From assembly GCA_024275145.1 (NCBI GenBank), contig JAJRZR010000063.1:1231-65230 (forward strand): DNA of 64,000 bases, given 5' to 3'. The position numbers and the translations under genes were made by a program. Positions 60,471 to 64,000 of this stretch are shown in pieces. The notes beneath the pieces were generated by a model that was not told the origin of the DNA, searched no databases, and worked only from the letters and a program-made list of their open reading frames with translations. Every line of letters starts with the position of its first letter. Positions within the stretch are counted from its first letter, which is position 1. The DNA comes from Deltaproteobacteria bacterium (GTDB taxonomy: Bacteria; Desulfobacterota; Dissulfuribacteria; Dissulfuribacterales; QOAL01).

Positions 60471-63446
60471 TTATCCCCCCACCCGGTTTTTCGCTGGGAA
60501 TGCGCAGGCTCCCAGGGAGCCGCACAGGGCCTCACTGGCCCTTTCAAGGCCTACGGCCCTTGAGCCCTTGACAAGTATTACAGAGGAGGGCCTGAACGTA
60601 TCGAGGCCGTCCCTGGTTCCCAGCCATTCGAGCAGCTCATCCGTGTCGGTGAATGTGTGGATCCTTTCGTTAGGAAAGCCGGAGCGCCTGGCGCCTCGGG
60701 CAATTTCATTCCCCATGTTACCCACGGTTATCAAGGTGTCTAGGCCGGTTTCAGATGCCTGTCTTCCCAGATTTTCATGAAACGATGGAGCCATGCTGCC
60801 AAGCTCCAGCATGTCACCCAGTATGGCCACGCGCCTGCATCCATTTCCAAACCCTCCCAGTACCTTGAGCGCGGCTTCCATAGAACCGGGATTCGCGTTG
60901 TAATGATCCTCTATTATGGTTACGGCCTTTCCAATCCTCCTGGCAACCAGCCTCCCGGGAGGGGCGCAAGCCTTTTCGAGGCCTGCCTTGATAAGCGGCA
61001 GGGGTAATCCAGCGGCAATCCCGACAGAAGCCGCTGCAAGGGCATTCTGTACATTGGCCTCCCCGATGAGAGGAAGCATGATATCCACTGACCTTCCATT
61101 GTCTGCCTCTATTATCATGCGTGTGCCAGTGGGGCCAGGAGACCATGAAGGGCAATGGAGTATGTTTCTGACCTCCATGCCAGCCCTGGGCATCACCAGA
61201 CGTTTCCGCCATTCCGTCCGGCCCTTCATCGTATAGCCTATTATGCAGGTTGCAGAGGTATACCTCAGGCCTTCAAACACCAGGATATCATCGAGGTTCA
61301 CCACCGCGATTCCCTTTGGGGACAATGATCGCCACAGGCACCATTTTTCCCTGGCTATTTCCCTCAACGTCCCCAGGCCTTCAAGATGTGCAGGCCTTAT
61401 ACAGGTTATCAGGCCTATGTCCGGTGCCGCTATTTCGCACAGCCTGGCTATCTCACCAGGGTGGTTGGTACCCATTTCTAGGACCGCGAATTCCTGCCCT
61501 GGTCTTAGTGCAAGTATGCTCAGCGGAAGTCCTACGAGGTTGTTGAAGTTCCCAGGTGTTTTGCCGACAGGGAAACCGGCCTGGAGGATAGATGCCACGA
61601 GGTCCTTGGTGCTGGTTTTGCCACAGCTACCAGTAATCCCAACCACCTTTATCGAAAGCGTCGCCCTGTACCAGCCTGCATAGTCACCGAGCGCCTTTAG
61701 GGTGTCCTGGACGGTCAGAACAGGTCTGTCTTCCCTAGTGACGGCATCTTCAAGGTCTGGACCCGCCACGGCGGCCACGGCACCCTTTTGGAGCGCGCTT
61801 TCGACAAACCGGTTTCCATCAAAATTATCACCAGTAAGCGCCCAAAAAAGCTCCCCTTCTCGAACCGCTCTGGAATCGGTGGAGACCGCCTTGAACCTTA
61901 CGTCCCTGAAGCGAACCGGAAGGTGGGCACCTATGGCCCCTGCTACATCCGAGAGCCTACTCAGGCCCCCAATTTCTTCCCTGATAACTGCAACGTCATC
62001 AAATGGAACCTTCCTGGTACCGATTACCTGGTATTTTTCATGGCCCTTGCCGGCCACAAGCAGGCAATCGCCTGGGGCCAGTTGCTCAATCGCCCATCTT
62101 ATGGCCTCTCTACGGTCTGTTATGGCCCTTGTCTTCTCCAACAGGGAGCCCGTCCCCCCCCTGATGCCATCGAGCATGTCATTGATTATGCTTTCCGGAT
62201 CTTCGCTCCTCGGATTGTCAGAGGTGAAGATCGCAAGATCACACAGGACGGCTGCAACCCTTGCCATCAGGGGGCGTTTGCCCTTGTCCCTGTCCCCACC
62301 GCAGCCAACCAGGCAAACAAGGCGTTTTTTCGTCAGTCTTCTGAGGGAGCCAAGCACCTTTTCCAGGGCATCGGGGGTATGGGCGTAATCCACCAATACG
62401 AGGGCATCCCGTATACGGGCTATCCTTTGAAGCCTGCCAGGGATGACCTCGACCCTTTCAATGCCCTTTTTGATGGAGGCACTGGTGCAACCCATAGCCA
62501 GCGCTGTACATGATGCGGCCAGGATGTTGTAGAGGTTGTGCAGCCCCATGAGCCTGGATGATATTCCAATCCTTTCTCCATGCAGAGAAATAGTGCAACT
62601 GATCCCATCCGTGTCAAGCCTGTACCAGGTAGGTCTTACTATGGCCCCCTTGTCCAGACCGAAGCTCAACCTCTTTCCTCTTACCATGTGCCAAAGCCTT
62701 GCACCGTAGGGATCATCCATGTTGAGGACTGCTGTCTCGCAAGGGAATTCGGTGAAAAGTCGTGCCTTGGCCTGGAAGTATGATTCCATATTCCTGTGAT
62801 AATCAAGGTGGTCACGGCTGAGGTTGGTGAATGTCGCGGCCTTGAACCTGCATCCACTGATTCTTTTTTGCAGGATGGCATGGGATGAGATTTCCATGGC
62901 TACGGCCTTTGCACCGTTTTCACGCATGCGTGCCAGGCATTCTTGCAGGCTGACTGGATCCGGTGTGGTAAGTTTTGACGGTTGAAAGTAGCCACCTTGT
63001 CTTTGATTGATGGTTCCAATGACGCCAGGGTTGAGGCCCTCTTCCTGGAAGATTCCCTCAAGCAGGTACGTTACCGTGGTTTTCCCGTTGGTGCCTGTAA
63101 TACCTGCGATAGTCAATGGGCTGCCATCGTTTCCATAGATAAAGCTTGCGATCCTGCCGGTTAATCCCCTTGGATCGACCACCGGAATGACAGGGACGAA
63201 GCTTGGAACCACGTCGGCCAGATCTTCCGGGATATCACTTGAAACCATTATGGCGCCTGCTCCCCTTTTGATCGCGTCCTGCACGAAGTCAAGGCCGCTA
63301 CGGGTAGTTCCTTCCAGGGCAACGAATATATCGCCCTGGTTTACCCGCCTGGAATCCAACGAAATTCCACTAACCTCTATGTCGTTACACGGCCTTTCCA
63401 GCCTTATCTCCTCTGGAAACCGGGCCAGTATATCTTCCAGTTTCAT
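60471..63446 (-). CDS. murE/murF: Fused MurE-MurF (meso-DAP-adding ligase plus D-Ala-D-Ala-adding ligase) in one ORF
   Basis: ORF 60471-63584 (likely start ATG 63446, MKLEDIL). N-terminal ~494 aa is MurE ([17 protein letters not shown]). The junction ...FDDVAVIREEIGG|LSRLSDVAGAIGAHL at ~61965 leads straight into MurF (DSRAVREGELFWAL, ITGSCGKTSTKD) with no stop or restart. Confidence 0.9.
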   Translation of the reverse strand: MKLEDILARFPEEIRLERPCNDIEVSGISLDSRRVNQGDIFVALEGTTRSGLDFVQDAIKRGAGAIMVSSDIPEDLADVVPSFVPVIPVVDPRGLTGRIASFIYGNDGSPLTIAGITGTNGKTTVTYLLEGIFQEEGLNPGVIGTINQRQGGYFQPSKLTTPDPVSLQECLARMRENGAKAVAMEISSHAILQKRISGCRFKAATFTNLSRDHLDYHRNMESYFQAKARLFTEFPCETAVLNMDDPYGARLWHMVRGKRLSFGLDKGAIVRPTWYRLDTDGISCTISLHGERIGISSRLMGLHNLYNILAASCTALAMGCTSASIKKGIERVEVIPGRLQRIARIRDALVLVDYAHTPDALEKVLGSLRRLTKKRLVCLVGCGGDRDKGKRPLMARVAAVLCDLAIFTSDNPRSEDPESIINDMLDGIRGGTGSLLEKTRAITDRREAIRWAIEQLAPGDCLLVAGKGHEKYQVIGTRKVPFDDVAVIREEIGGLSRLSDVAGAIGAHLPVRFRDVRFKAVSTDSRAVREGELFWALTGDNFDGNRFVESALQKGAVAAVAGPDLEDAVTREDRPVLTVQDTLKALGDYAGWYRATLSIKVVGITGSCGKTSTKDLVASILQAGFPVGKTPGNFNNLVGLPLSILALRPGQEFAVLEMGTNHPGEIARLCEIAAPDIGLITCIRPAHLEGLGTLREIAREKWCLWRSLSPKGIAVVNLDDILVFEGLRYTSATCIIGYTMKGRTEWRKRLVMPRAGMEVRNILHCPSWSPGPTGTRMIIEADNGRSVDIMLPLIGEANVQNALAAASVGIAAGLPLPLIKAGLEKACAPPGRLVARRIGKAVTIIEDHYNANPGSMEAALKVLGGFGNGCRRVAILGDMLELGSMAPSFHENLGRQASETGLDTLITVGNMGNEIARGARRSGFPNERIHTFTDTDELLEWLGTRDGLDTFRPSSVILVKGSRAVGLERASEALCGSLGACAFPAKNRVGG

Positions 63447-63501
63447 TTGTTTCTTGGATGATAGGGGGGATCTCTGATCCCAGCAACCGGGATGCGCGCC
63501 C

Positions 63502-64000
63502 CTATCGATTTCTTCTCTCCTTGCAGATGATCTTACAGGTGGTGCCTGGACGTATCCGTGTCCCTGCCCTTGGTACCTGTGCAACTACTATACCCCTTCC
63601 TTCGAGCCGGGGCCGCATGCCCATTGTCCTTAATATATCAAAGGCGGCCCTCATGGATTTGCCATTTAGTGAAGGCATTCTCCCACGGTCTCGTGCGGGG
63701 AAATCCTGTGATGATGCCTTCAGCCTATTGCTGTTTCGTTCCCTGGAGGCGGTGATGCTCCAGGCCCTCTTGGCTATTGTAATGGTATGGCCCATGGTGC
63801 CCCTGCATTTTCTGGGATCCTTCGATACATGGTTCAAGACGGAAACATAACTTATTCTGGGCGTGCTGGGAGGCCAGAAGCCAAGGGAGACTACCTGGTA
63901 GTATCGGGGGGCCGTTGCCCTTTCTTCCCCGGGAAACCATCTTACGCCTACCAGGGATGGCCCATCAGGGGTGGCCAGCAGCACTTCGAGCCTGTTTGTC
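63502..64000 (-). CDS. ftsI: Penicillin-binding protein (FtsI/PBP3-like) C-terminal part with PASTA domain; 5' end outside the window
   Basis: The frame runs off the window edge; SLGFWPPSTPRISYVSVL resembles the FxGFAPxxxPR transpeptidase motif; the last ~60 aa (MPSLNGKSMRAAFDILRTMGMRPRLEGRGIVVAQVPRAGTRI) are PASTA-like. Confidence 0.7.
   Translation of the reverse strand, partial: TNRLEVLLATPDGPSLVGVRWFPGEERATAPRYYQVVSLGFWPPSTPRISYVSVLNHVSKDPRKCRGTMGHTITIAKRAWSITASRERNSNRLKASSQDFPARDRGRMPSLNGKSMRAAFDILRTMGMRPRLEGRGIVVAQVPRAGTRIRPGTTCKIICKERRNR

Noticed and set aside
63640-63800. A suspected frameshift in the ftsI-like gene, because the YGG.VAAP.F region is not recognisable.
   Set aside because: Neither alternative frame gives a better PBP-like sequence, and the called frame stays open into the PASTA domain. 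I treat this as divergence.

Overview
This 64-kb window is bacterial chromosome. The gene content suggests an anaerobic, Gram-negative, deltaproteobacterium-like organism, but the taxon cannot be proven from sequence alone. Most of the window is core genome. The left end carries nusG-rplKAJL-rpoBC (22-12017). The middle carries thrC, eno, iorAB, serA with a class-V aminotransferase, coaE, slyD, tilS-ftsH-folP and a cdaA-cdaR-glmM c-di-AMP operon. The right end (51059-64000, minus strand) carries a division/cell-wall cluster: ftsI(partial)-murE/F-mraY-murD-murG-murC-murB-ftsQ-ftsA-ftsZ. Two tRNA-Arg genes are present. There is no rRNA, no CRISPR array and no recognisable defence system. The only clearly accessory stretch is about 35.7-41.5 kb. 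It holds an orphan 381-aa protein, a decayed Y1 (IS200-like) transposase unit bounded by direct hairpin repeats, a frameshifted ~1.67-kb DDE insertion sequence with recognisable inverted ends, tRNA-Arg(TCT), and a MITE-like derivative. Four observations stand out. (1) Two otherwise intact conserved genes carry in-frame stop codons: TAG in murB and TGA in a MoaE-like gene. In both, the conserved sequence continues in frame and ends in a coupled overlap with the next gene. (2) At least 9 dispersed ~25-45 nt hairpin repeats (REP-like) lie in intergenic spacers, and their stems show compensatory changes. (3) MurE and MurF are fused into one ORF, and the dcw cluster lacks ftsW and ddl. (4) Two MITE-like elements share termini with the degraded IS. 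I could not identify a convincing novel multi-gene system; the items above are the best leads.
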